Below, one piece after another: positions 16,715 through 28,708 of a stretch of 64,000 nt of DNA (position 1 is its first letter; every line of letters begins with the position of its first letter). This stretch comes from Lytechinus pictus (lineage: Eukaryota): the NCBI RefSeq assembly GCF_037042905.1, contig NC_087246.1, forward strand, positions 3,784,001 to 3,848,000, written 5' to 3'. The notes beneath the pieces are model-generated. The model did no database searches, was not told the origin of the DNA, and saw only the letters and a list, made by a program, of their open reading frames with translations. A program made the position numbers and the translations under genes.

Positions 16715-16758
<44 letters not shown>

Positions 16759-18038
16759 AACAGGCGTTACCCAACACAGTGGACAGTATGCCACCCCACA
16801 CTTTAGGCGTGTAACAGTAATAACAATAATAATAATAATAACCATAAAAATTAAAATAATGTTAATAATAAGAATGATAATAATGATAATTATAATACTA
16901 TACTGTAGGTCAAGGAACCAGTGCATACCCTTGTTCCAATGTCTATCACGGATCTAATGCTTTAAGTGAGAGTGAGGTCGAAGCCGTGGTTGATTTTCTT
17001 CGAGACAAGAAGGACAATGGTCAAGATTTCTTGTGGTTTATTGACTGGCATAGTTATTCCCAGCTTGTCATTTCTCCGTGGTCTTTCTCTGCCGAAGAGC
17101 CGGATCCATATAACATCGATCAGGTAAAACAACAAGACAAGAACAATTCATTTAAAGGTGTAATATTTGAATTTTATTTTGTTCTATCACAAAAACAGAT
17201 TTTTTCATTTGTTTAATTATAAACTTTATATAGCATTTCCCTTCTCTTTGCCCTTTTCTCACCCCTCTTCCTTGTACCTATCGTGCATTGTGTTAGAGGC
17301 ATATCCCGTCATAAGCATTTTCTTTAGCAAATGTTACATATTTATATTTCTTTTAGGAAAAATGATTTTGTATAGAAAAATAATAAGTGAAAATGGACGA
17401 AAATCAATCTTTATTCGAGTAGACTTGAATTGAATAAGTTTTTATTATGTGAACAGAAAAACAAATAAATTTCAAGGCATCGTGAATAGTTAATTAGAAT
17501 GATAATTTAGAATGAAATTTACCAAATTATTGAATTTTGAATTCTTCCCACAGTATGTTAAATGTAATACATTCATTCTTTATTCAATAAATCTCTATTT
17601 ATCAGTTGCAAGCTGCAGGAGAAGCGATGGCTGAAGGTATACGCAGCTACAGCAGTGAAACTGAATATACAGCAGGACCAACAGCTAAGTTATTATGTGA
17701 GTATTATCATCGGTTGTGAATAGGGTGGGGGTGATACAAATTTCAAATTCAGAGGTGTCTAAACTCCCTTATTTCATGTTTTAGAGTGTTGTGATTATGA
17801 GCTATACTGAAAAGGAGAACGGTCTTATATCTAATAAATAGATTTGATTGAGGTTTATTTGATTTAATTTTATATTGGTTTAATCAGTCAGAATACATGA
17901 GAGGATCATGAGAAACTGTACTAGATTGAAAACGATGTCCAAGGAAAAAAGGGGAAAATATATGATTATACAATGATTTATTGAAAACAAACAATAATAC
18001 ATCATCAAATTAAAGGATAGAAGGAGAATTAGATAGAA

Positions 18039-18072
<34 letters not shown>

Positions 18073-19222
18073 GGGGGGGGGGTTAAAACGGAGGGGGTGG
18101 GGGAGAACTCGGTAGAAAGAGAAACGTGAAGAGAGGACTAAGAACACTATAGATTATGGCAAAATACAAAACATATTATCCTGCATGAAAACTAAGACTT
18201 CTTTCAGTCTGGTACAGTCCGCCACTGGCGTATTATCGTACCTTGTGCTTGTCAAGTTGTTGCTATAAGAATATGGATAGTGTGTTTATATAACAATAAC
18301 AATTATTAATAATAATCAATTTTAATTAAGTGATTTTTGTTATTTATAGCATAAAAGAAAATAAGAAATGGCTTACATATCAATATTTGGCAGGGAGATT
18401 AATATAGGTCACTTCTCGGAACATTCCAAATATACACTCCAAATATACTCGAAAAAAATATTTGGTTTATTATTTTTATTTGTGTTTTATTTACCCAGGG
18501 TAGTCTCTTCAGTACAAAACTTCTTTACAAGAGAGCCCTGTTAAAATACAAACATATTACAATAATATACAATGTAAAAAGAGTAAAACATTACATACAA
18601 CATACAGAGAAAGCAATTATAAAACCAGAAAATAACAACAAATAACACCAGCATAAATAAATAGAAATACTTAAAAATAGAGTAATACAATAAAATCAGC
18701 GGCGGATGAAGACAAATACCAGCAGCTGCCAGTTAACGTCATTATAATGTTGAAATGGGATGGGCTATCACTGGCACTGAATTGATCGAATTCGTGAAGC
18801 GGTATTTATTCCCATTTCGTTGATTTTAGTCTTTTAGTCAGTTTTATTAGACAGTAAACCTTGGTAACAGTCAGATGTGCTTTTCAGCGGATGAAAACCA
18901 ATAAAAGCTCTTGGTAATACTAGCAATGTATAGGGTCCATGGATGGACTAAAGTTTGGCGGTGTGAACTTAACGTTTTTTTAATGATTTGTCTCCTTGTA
19001 GATGCTGCCGCTGGTGCAAGCAATGATTGGGGCTATGCACCATACAATTCTGATAAGAACCAAGGCGGCCTGGGGGCTCCTTATTCATACGTGATGGAAC
19101 TTCGAGACACCGGTACATACGGTTTTCTCCTTCCAGAAGATCAGATTGAGGACTCGGGCAAGGAAACTGTACTCGGAGTGTACGCCATGGGAACCTACAT
19201 CCTCGATCAGGAAGGACTGTAG
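8710..19222 (+). CDS. Procarboxypeptidase A/B-like zinc metallocarboxypeptidase (M14A), copy 1; 10 coding exons, 445 aa
   Basis: Exons 8710-8774, 10351-10432, 12379-12615, 13622-13726, 14537-14647, 15010-15123, 16343-16439, 16909-17123, 17606-17696, 19002-19222. All introns are GT-AG with consistent phases, 1338 nt in total. Signal peptide [16 protein letters not shown]; pro-domain ([19 protein letters not shown]); [11 protein letters not shown] (H69/E72), RLWRKTR (R127), DPNRNW (N144/R145), WHSYSQ (H196), LLY (Y248), MELRD (E270), YGFLLP. Confidence 0.96.
10351..10432 (+). CDS. Carboxypeptidase copy 1 exon 2 (propeptide)
   Basis: [27 protein letters not shown] between ag/gt. Confidence 0.9.
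10804..11157. mobile_element. Internally deleted copy of the same Tc1-like family in copy 1 intron 2
   Basis: TA|CAGTGCGTATG.. left end and degenerate right end; empty site agtttatagg at ~30981 in copy 2. Confidence 0.82.
12379..12615 (+). CDS. Carboxypeptidase copy 1 exon 3 (propeptide to mature start)
   Basis: [20 protein letters not shown]...[11 protein letters not shown] between ag/gt. Confidence 0.93.
13622..13726 (+). CDS. Carboxypeptidase copy 1 exon 4
   Basis: [12 protein letters not shown]...[11 protein letters not shown]. Confidence 0.93.
14537..14647 (+). CDS. Carboxypeptidase copy 1 exon 5 (HxxE zinc motif)
   Basis: IRGTGG...[22 protein letters not shown]. Confidence 0.95.
15010..15123 (+). 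CDS. Carboxypeptidase copy 1 exon 6
   Basis: LLEDY...[20 protein letters not shown]. Confidence 0.95.
15378..15518 (-). mobile_element. SINE/L2-type 3' tail fragment in copy 1 intron 6
   Basis: gcgcagtt..aactgcgc stem and (ATT)n tail; absent from copy 2. Confidence 0.55.
16343..16439 (+). CDS. Carboxypeptidase copy 1 exon 7
   Basis: DRLWRKTRS...[16 protein letters not shown]. Confidence 0.95.
16909..17123 (+). CDS. Carboxypeptidase copy 1 exon 8
   Basis: [40 protein letters not shown]. Confidence 0.95.
17606..17696 (+). CDS. Carboxypeptidase copy 1 exon 9
   Basis: [30 protein letters not shown](Y), gtgagt donor. Confidence 0.93.
18468..18740 (-). mobile_element. Short LINE 3'-UTR fragment in copy 1 intron 9
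   Basis: tttatttacccagggt..gccctgtt resembles the tail at 22330-22435; absent from copy 2. Confidence 0.5.
19002..19222 (+). CDS. Carboxypeptidase copy 1 exon 10 (last)
   Basis: [11 protein letters not shown]...[21 protein letters not shown]...EGL stop; AATAAA at 19693. Confidence 0.95.
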
Positions 19223-20021
19223 CCTGATCATAGTGAGGGGGGAAAGAACAAGAACATTGTTTTGATTCTAAGAATGCTGGAAAATGAATAAGCGTCTATC
19301 TTTGGCTCCATTATCATCATGTCATTAAGGGGGGGGGGGCAGTCTTTGTTTTAAATGAAATGAGTTTAATCTATCCACCAACGAATGTTAGATTACAAAG
19401 ATATGAAAAGATGGAATAGGCAACGTAATACAATGCAAATACGAGAGGTATATAGTTTTGTCGACATTAAGGTTTACACGAATACAGTCAGCTCTGTCGT
19501 CAAGTCAACATACCTCTTATTTCAGAGGTTATCGACTCTGGTATGGATTATTAGCGTTGTTTGTGTCTTGGAGTGGTCGACATGAATTCTTGACTCATCA
19601 CCCGTCTTCTCACTCATTCTGAACTGATATTGTCTATTTGGAGTACTGTAAAACTTGGTTGCCAATGATTTTTGCTCATTTTGCCCATAATGAATAAAAC
19701 TATTTCACATGATACCAAAACCGTTGTAATTCCGTTCTTGGAATTGCCTCTAATAAAGTTGTTTAAGAGTGAATTTTTACAGATTTTCAGACAAAATTAA
19801 GAGAGGGACAGGAAGGTTGGGCAAAAGATATTTATTGGGATGATAATAACAACAATGATAATAATAATTAATATAATATCAATAATAGTAATTTGTAGCA
19901 TTCACAGTGCGCCTTCTTTCTAGTGTACTATTCAGAGGCGCAATGGGAATTATTACACAGAAGGTGAGGGTGTATATGATGAGAATAGATATGTCTTCAG
20001 GCTTTGAATGACTCTATATAG

Positions 20022-20274
20022 ACTTGACAATGGGGAGAAAATTATAATATTTCATATAATAAAATACAAAAAAAATAGTGAGTGGATGATGTCAGTCTCC
20101 TCATTTGCATACTGACCAGGATGTGCATATAACTGTTTTGTGAAATTAAACGAAACTTTAAAATGTCATAACTTTCTTATTTTACATCCGATTTTGATGA
20201 AATTTTCATTGTTATGCTTGTTGGATTTTTCTTTTTTTATTCAAATCAACTTTCTGTTTGGGTGGACTTGTCCT
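20022..20274. mobile_element. Right half of the same Kolobok-like MITE
   Basis: Ends GGGTGGACTTGTCCT|TTAA; left half missing. Confidence 0.8.
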
Positions 20275-20573
20275 TTAATACATGGGTAAAACTGAAACTG
20301 CCAGACTGGAGTATTTCACATCTAATTACGATAGACAATCTATTTGCCGTAACCTTCCTTTCAATCATCACTTCCAAACATTTGCATTGAGATATTCCCA
20401 GGTATTTATTTTATGTCGTAAGATAATGCACTTTGTTCCAACGCAATAATCATCTATTTATTCATTCTTCCGCAAAAAATGGCATAAATAAATAAAGATA
20501 ACTCTTGGAAACGCCAACAATCCAGTCACCGTCTAAAGCCGTATATCCACTTCTTTAATAAGTCTATGAGGTA

Positions 20574-20626
<53 letters not shown>

Positions 20627-22325
20627 GATATATATATATATATATTATAAATGTAACCAGGCATCTACTCCTTAACATGACTACTGTGTCTTGCACCAAA
20701 TACTTAGGCGAAAAAAATGACAAGACGATTGGACGTTGCTGATAGACCACAATTTAATCCGATCTTTAGGCCTTAGGCCTTCTTCATGGGTTCTGGGTCT
20801 TTGTGGTCTTTCGGGCTGATGTGTGCCCGAAATATATATATATTGTTTCAATATAAAATGATTGGCCTAAAAATACACAATATGCAAGCAACATACTAAA
20901 CAAATGCTATACCAAAGGCATGAAAAGAAACCATCCATACGTAATCAATGGCACAATTTTCGATTTTTGCTTTTGATATCAGACCTTTACATGTCCTCAG
21001 CTTTACTCGAGGGTCCTTTTGTTTCCATGACAACCTTGTTACACTTATAAAGAGCAGAGGGTACTTTATGCTAATTCAATGAAACGCATTAGAGTGATGA
21101 ATAGTGCATTGGGTGTAGTCATTATAAAAAAAGAAACAGAGATGGAGAGTTCTCGCAGAAAAGGAACATAATTATTGGTATATTGAAAGAAAAAGAAAGA
21201 AGCGAAGGAAGAGGAAGAACAGTAAAAAGCAATATTAAGAAGAGCAAACAATATTTCAGAAATAAAACAAAATAGAATAAAAACCGGTTGAAGAAATAGA
21301 AGAGGAGGAGGAAGAAGAAGAAGAAAAGAAAGAGCAATAATATTGATAAAAATTATAAAACTAATAATGATGATGATGATAATAATAATAAGAAGAAGAA
21401 GAAGAAGTGAATTTATTTTATTTTATTTTATTTTTATATAAAAACCATACATGTAAAATTACAACATAATATAATACATGATAAAATAAAATTGGATGGA
21501 TCACCCTACTCAGCTGAGCCATTACAGCACAATTGTTCTGCCGAGGGGTTCAGCTGTATCAAATAAACAATATGAAATTCATATTACAAAAAATAAATTC
21601 ATTAACAAATTTGTGTAAAATAAAAGCAACATCAGTTGAAGGAAGAAAGAACAGCAATCCCACCCCACGTACCCTACAGTAAAAACCGATTTCCTAACCC
21701 CACCCCAAAAGTGCCCCCAAAAAGAAGAAGAAGGAGAAGGAGAAGGAAAAAAGAAAGAAAGAAAGAAAGAAAGAAGGGAGGAAAGAAAAAAGAAGAAAAA
21801 AGATGTTGACGAGCAAGAAAAATGAGAAGTTTATGTTAGTAGAAGAAGAAAGAATAGAAAGCAGAATAATATGAAGAAGGGGGAGGTGGAGAAGAAAATT
21901 TAAACAGAAAAGGATGAAAGGAGGGAAAAGGCAAAGAGAAAATTAAAAAGCATCGTGAGAATAAGCGTATATAAAGTTACAGGACCAAATATTGCTTCTT
22001 GCTGACGTCATAAATTGATCTGCACCGCATATACCTATAAAACATACTCTTCAGGTTATTTATACCAGTAATATATCCCATAAACTCATTATTGCTGGCA
22101 TCATACGGGTAGTCTAGTTATCATACTCAATACCATAGAAATAATCGGAACCACATATATAATTAAAGTTCCAAAGGTTTGGGGAGGGGTCGGTAGAACC
22201 ATCAATGCCCCAAAGAAGCCTTCAAGACAGCGAATTTCACCGAGAGATTTGTTCTCGACCACTGAAATTAGAAGCAAGGAATTTTAGCTTATTGTAGATT
22301 TAATTGAGAATCATTGAAATAGTAA

Positions 22326-24276
22326 TTTATTTATTTATTTATTTCACATATTTATACAGGGTAACCAATTCAGCTATAAACACGATAAAAACATTAACAA
22401 AGATAAAAAGCTGGTTTGCAATCGGGCCCTGTTAATCAAAATACATACAAATTATAAAATACATAATTGCAAAATAGACAAGAAATAAATCTTTAAAAAT
22501 CCCAACCCTCTGTGCCGTCATCAGAAACACACAAACACACGGAAGCACCCAACCCACACACACACCTCATCACATAGTTACTATGGCACATTCTGCAGAC
22601 TCATTACCTACTTGTAACATATAATAATTAATTTAACATTATGATTACATATTGACATGAGCGAAAACAAATTATACAAATAAGATACAATTAAGATACA
22701 ATTGGTATGGGAATATTTTTAAGAATTCAGAAGTCGTTTGAATATTACGAATGATTGAGCAGATCGAGTGTCTTGAGATAAACAGTTCCATTCACTTATG
22801 CCTACCGGTATAAATGTGTTTTTGTAATACTGCGTTTTGAATTTCGGGGCTCGTAGCATTAATCTATGAGTTCTTCGTGTTATACGCACTGATACATCAT
22901 CATTAAAATAAATTTGGTACTTATTAAATGTGGAGCTAATCCATTTACACACTTGTATACCATACATAATGTAGATTTCCTGTACAATTTTTTTAAAGAA
23001 GACCAGGAGAGAATTTGAAAAACACGCTCTGATAGGGTTTCCCATGTATAACCGCTCACGATGTAAGCTGCACGTTTATGGAGTTTTTGCACCGTATTAT
23101 AATTAGATTCAGATCTATACGACCACACATTTGAACAATACATTGCATGAGGGAGAAAAAAACCCTATGTATAATCGTTTAAGTTGTTCCACATTAAATA
23201 TATGTTTGTTTCTTCTAATTAACCCAAGCTTTTGTTTCATTACTTTTACAATTGAATCAACATGGTTTTTGAATGTCAAAGTATCATCAATTATCACGCC
23301 CAAACATTTGTGCTAGCTGTGATACACGCTGTAAAATAGTGTTATTGATTATTACAGATAGTGTTTTGGCCCGCAAGGTTGATAACCGCTGTCGAGAACC
23401 AAGAAGCATTACTTTGCTTTTTTTATCATTTAATATCAATCTGTTTTGACATGTCCACTCATATACTTCTTTCATTGCAGAGTTAAGCTGATTTTCTACA
23501 GATTCTATGGTACTACCACTAACATACAGCGTTGCATCATCAGCAAACATAACAATCTTCCCTGATTTGATACAAGAAGCCAGATCATTAATATAAATTG
23601 TAAATAGTAGGGGCCCTAAAACTGAGCCTTGTGGGACCCCAGAAGACGTTGATTTTATACTCGATTTGATCCCTCTTTAATCCCTATTTAAAAATAAGAT
23701 TTAAACCATGCAATAGCATCATCAGAACATCCTATTGCAACCAGTTTTTTTTAGTAAAACATCATAACTTACAGAATCAAAAGCCTTGCGCATATCAATA
23801 AAAGCAATTCCACAAAACTTACTCTTGTCAACTTCAGTTGCCCAGTCGTCGACCATACACAATAAAGCACTTTCACAGGAATGCATTGGTCTAAAGCCAA
23901 ATTGTTTATCACTACAAAAATGTATATCTAATAAATGTGCATGCAAATGCTTTTGTACCCACTTCTCCAAAATCTTGGAAACAATTGATAACAAGGATAT
24001 TGAACGATAGTTTTCTACACATAATCGGTCTCCAGTCTTATGGATTGGACGAATTTTGGCAAGACACCAGGCTTCCGGGTAGTACCCTTTAGATAATGAA
24101 AGATTAAAGACATAAATAAGACTATCTATTACAGATGTGGAACATTTCATCATTTTCAAAATTTTAACCGAGATTTCATCAGGTCCTGTGGCCTTTTTTA
24201 CAGAAGAACCATTGATTTCTTTTGAAACAAAATCGTATGATATAAGAGGAATGTCAAAAGTTTCGTTCTGATTATC
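22326..24276 (-). mobile_element. 5'-truncated LINE (CR1/L2-group RT), frameshifted
   Basis: [44 protein letters not shown]; (TAAA)n tail; empty site in unit 2 at ~54661-54690. Confidence 0.92.
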
Positions 24277-24350
24277 ATAATATTACTATATAAGTATAAA
24301 ACGAATAATGAAGGGATTGTTACATTATAAATAGGCCCGTTTTCAAATAA

Positions 24351-24947
24351 AGGTCAAGTCCATCCCAGAAAAAAAGTTGATTGGAATAAATAGAGAAAAA
24401 TCAAACACAAATAATGCTGAAATCTTCATCAAAATCGGATGGAAAATAAGAAAGTTATGACATTTTAAAGTGTCGCTTATTTTTCACAAAACAGTTCTAT
24501 GCTCAACTCAGTGATATGCAAATGAAAGAGTCGATGATGTCACCCACTCACTATTTCTTTAGTTTTTTATTGTTTGAATTATACAATATTTCATTTTTTA
24601 AGGATTTGAAAATTATGACCATCTTGTTTGAACCACAAAAATGTTAAAACAATAGAATTCCACATGTTCTGTGAGGAATGAAAAATTTTCCGCATGACAA
24701 TGAGGAGAAAACTCAAATATTTCATATAATAAAGTGCAAAAGAAATAGTGAGTGGGTGATGTCATCGGTCCCCTCATTTGTATACTGACCAGGATGTGCA
24801 TATAACTGTTTTATTAAATTTAGAAAAACTTTAAAATGTCATAACTTTCTTATTTCAGATCCGATTTTGATGAAATTTTCAGTGTTATCCTTGTTTGTTT
24901 TTTCTCTTTCTATTCAAATCATCTTTTTGTTGGGGTGGACTTGTCTT
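24351..24947. mobile_element. Kolobok-like (TTAA-target) palindromic MITE
   Basis: AGGTCAAGTCCATCCC..GGGGTGGACTTGTCTT|TTAA; empty site aaatattaaaattg at ~54735 in unit 2. Confidence 0.82.
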
Positions 24948-25800
24948 TTAAAATTGAATTCCTGATTAATTTCACTATTTAGTTAAGTGTTTATTTACTG
25001 TATAAAAGTACCCATTCAGGATAAGTTTGCCTTATTCAATCAAAGAAATAAAGCTCTACATGGCTTCAGATCGATTTTCTTTTATTTTAATTCATTTATT
25101 AATTTCTTGACATACAATTATTTCATGGAAAGATAAAATACGGAGAATGGTGGTTATCTTCTGATGCTTTAGTATTTAACTCTTCGTTTCCATGGTTTCG
25201 TTTAATTTCAATTCATTTTCTTTCATTCATGTTTATTCATAAAGATCAAAATGATAAACATATATTCAGAGAAAAGGTTCGATAACGTTTGTAGAACGGG
25301 TTGTCCGGCTAAAGAAATAAATACATTTAAATTAAACGGAGAATATGCACAGAAGATTTGATGAAAATAACGAAGGACTTAAAGGTTTGCATTATTGCGG
25401 TCTTTAGTTCGCTTGAAGCGATAAAACAAGGGCTGCGATTTTGTGAGGTTTTTGGGTCCATATGGTGGACGAGACAAACAACTCGCATAGGCTGCAGAAA
25501 AAAATTCGATAATTTGAGAGGGACACACCCTTCCGCTTGTTCAAACTATTTTCTAGATATGATGTATATTCACACATTTGTAGTTTTCTTAAAAATTCAG
25601 TGTGCTTCTTTTTGTTTACGAAGGACATTGTGCAAATTTTGTGAAGAAAAATTATGACGTTGATGGGTTTCCATATAGCTGAGGTTGATCTAATCAATCG
25701 TAAGTCACTATAAGACTGAATCCAGTATTCCTTTAATGAAAGAATACAGAAAGTAGATAAGCATATTTTTCATGATTTTCTGACAAATAAGACAAAGACA

Positions 25801-26982
25801 ATATTTGCATATCCATGACATCTGTAAAAAATTTCAAATTAGACTTCCCCTCTCTCTTCATCTCTAAAAGTGACAGTTCTAGTTGTTTTATTTATAGAGG
25901 GTAAGACGACCTATGAAGAAGAAATCGTTTTTCCTAAAATCATTGAATAACAGGGATAATAGAATGGCACGATACATACCTTCAAGTTCAAGTTTTTATT
26001 TTCTTTTCCATCATTAACATTATAAACAAATACAAATCAAACATACATCATAATAATATAAACAAATACAAATGAAATATGATTACAATTATTACAAATC
26101 AACTACAAATTCCAAAAAAAAATTAAAATGTTTGTAACAAAATCTTTGGTGGTCTAGCGTATCAAAGGGCTTTAAAAGATCAGTAAATACTCTTATTACA
26201 TGTTCTTTATTGGCTACTGAACTGAAGCGAGGTCAGTTGAATTTTTTTTTTCTGAAACCATATTGATATGAATTTAAACCATATCGATTTGAATTTTAAT
26301 TCGTTTCAAAAGGCGCGATCCAAATTTACGATGAAGACAAAATGTAACGGATGCTAAAAATTACAATTAGTGCAGACAAAAAAAATCAGAAATGAAACAG
26401 TTAAGTTGATGAAAAGAGAAATGTGGGAAGACAGAGGGAGAAAGGGGTGGACTGTGACCATGAAGACAAGTGACTTGAAGAGAACATGAAAGAAAAAAGA
26501 AAGCGGCGTCTGCCCCCTATGAGTTTTCAAGAAGTGAAAAAGGGAGGTAGAGAAGAAAAAGAGGAAGAAAACGAATGAAAAAAGAAGAATAAAGCAAGGT
26601 ATCTTTTTAGGGGATCCACTCTCTAAAAGCTATGTTTTTTAGTTGATCCCTCCTTTCCAAACAAGATTTTGTTACAACAATTTTACAAATTTTTTGGAAT
26701 TTGTAGTTGATTTGTAATAATTGTAATCATATTTCATTTGTATTTGTTTATATATTATGATGTATGTTTGATTTGTATTTGTTTATAATGTTAATGATGA
26801 AAAAGAAAAGAAAAACTTGAACTTGAAGGTATGTATCGTGTCATTCTATTATCCCTGTTATTCAATAATTTCAGGAAAAACTATTTCTTCTTCATAGGTC
26901 GTCTTACCCTCTATAAATAAAACAACTAGAACTGTCACTTTTAGAGGTGAAATTTTTACAGATGTCATGGATATGCAAATAT
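25801..26982. repeat. Inverted repeat (arms 25801-26146 and 26663-26982) between the duplication units
   Basis: Arms are near-identical reverse complements; ~0.5-kb spacer. Confidence 0.88.
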
Positions 26983-28643
26983 CAATAATACAGAAATACT
27001 CTAAAAATCATGCGCAACTTGATTTTCAACCAATCAACAGCGCGCATTTGGGACTTGCGATTGATTTTTTGACTTGCGTTTAAACGCAACTCTTTCTGCA
27101 ACGGGCTAGTAACCAATGCAAATGCTGTAAGACAAGAGATAGGTGATAACGTTTCTTTTTACGAGTAACGAGTCGTGCTGCAGAATTTTGGATAGTTTGG
27201 AGTCTTTGAATTTGGCGATTGGGTACAATGAGTAGACTATTGCAGAATAAGTTGTTATTCTTATTGAAATTTCAATTGGACTACCTTTCTACCCTACCCA
27301 CCTCAAGGTCCTCAACTACTCATATCTGGCCAGGTCTACCACCCATAATGCACCATTCTCAACAATGTAGAAGAGTAGACAAAGCGAGAGACAGACAGAC
27401 GGACAGCGAGAGGGGAGAGAAAGCAGAGGGGGGGTGTAAGGTTTGTAAAATAATTTGTGGAGGAACAATGTAGAACAATAATTCAATTATTTTTATTTAA
27501 GAGAGGGAGAGAAAAGGAAAATAGTTTACTTAACTCTCTAATAAGAACATTATACATGTCGTAGATGCCCCCAGCGCCCTTCCTTTATCTACTTCCAATG
27601 TAAATGAAAATAGGCAGTGTAATATAATGGACAGGTTCTCACAGCTTTCAGTTTGTTAAACTATGTAGGCCCATCCACAAATTATTGCGATAAATACAAT
27701 TCTTTTTAGTTACTCTTCAGATTTTGGAACATTTGCATGCATAAGTGTTTTTTTTTTACATTGTCTGATTATACTGGCCATTGGTATTTGTTAGTGATTA
27801 CGATTTTAAGGAATATTGCATAACATGAAAACTTCAGCGGTGCATGGTCCTAGTAACTAATGAGAGACCTACAAGTTGCAGTGTCAGCTAACATTATTTC
27901 CATGAAAGTCCAACGATATTTTGATTAGAATAAATTATCAGTAATATATTCATTTTTCTTTTGTTTTGAAATGCTTATAAATATGTTTAGTTTAAATAAG
28001 TTTTTGAAAACTATTTCTTTGATAAAACTTGCACAATAGAGGACACAACAATTTAGATTTTACAAGAAAAACCTGTATAAAATATTTGGATTCCTCATTC
28101 ATTGGGATGGAAAATAAGTAGGCAATGCCAATATCGTGAATGACTAATTGGTTTCAACCAGTATCTAAGCAGCAAATTATAAATTGAATTATAGATAAAT
28201 TTCTGTTAACTAAAATATAAGTAGGTCTGACGTATTTTTTATAAATAAAATTAAATAATGCGATAACTGATTCTGTAATTAATCATGATATAAAATAAAT
28301 AATCGTCTCCATGCTGAATGGAAATCACCATAATGGCAACCTTTAGTTTGTGTAATAATGATTATCTTGTTTGTTTTTAGGTAATTAGTGGCACGCGTTG
28401 TGGCTAGTTCCACACGACAACTAGTTCTTAATTGTTAAAAATGCATGAAAAGCGTTTGCTCCCCACCCCCCCAAAAAAATTATCATACATCGGCGATTAT
28501 TCTATCGTCTAATCTTGATAAAGATCCGATTTTAGCTCAATTGTTGCAGGAGCCGTTAAGTTTCTCATGAACCGAGAAAACATGTTTTTTTTTTCTTACG
28601 AAGAATTTGATTTCAAATTTATTTGAATCGTTGCATCGGAAAG

Positions 28644-28708
28644 ATGAGGAGCATCTTAGTGGTTCTAGCTCTAACCGTCTCGGCCTTTGCGGCCAAGGAC
28701 TATAGTGG
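28644..28708 (+). CDS. Carboxypeptidase copy 2 exon 1
   Basis: Same peptide as 8710-8774. Confidence 0.9.

Larger units (their letters stand above)
6951..25536 (+). repeat. Segmental duplication unit 1
   Basis: Colinear homology with 27375-55256 from gtagacaaag.. to ..gggacacacccttccgc, covering upstream region, introns and 3' flank. Confidence 0.9.

Noticed and set aside
19385..19585. Small ORF conserved at 44006-44242
   Set aside because: Lies in the 3' UTR; similarity comes from the duplication and the frames diverge between copies
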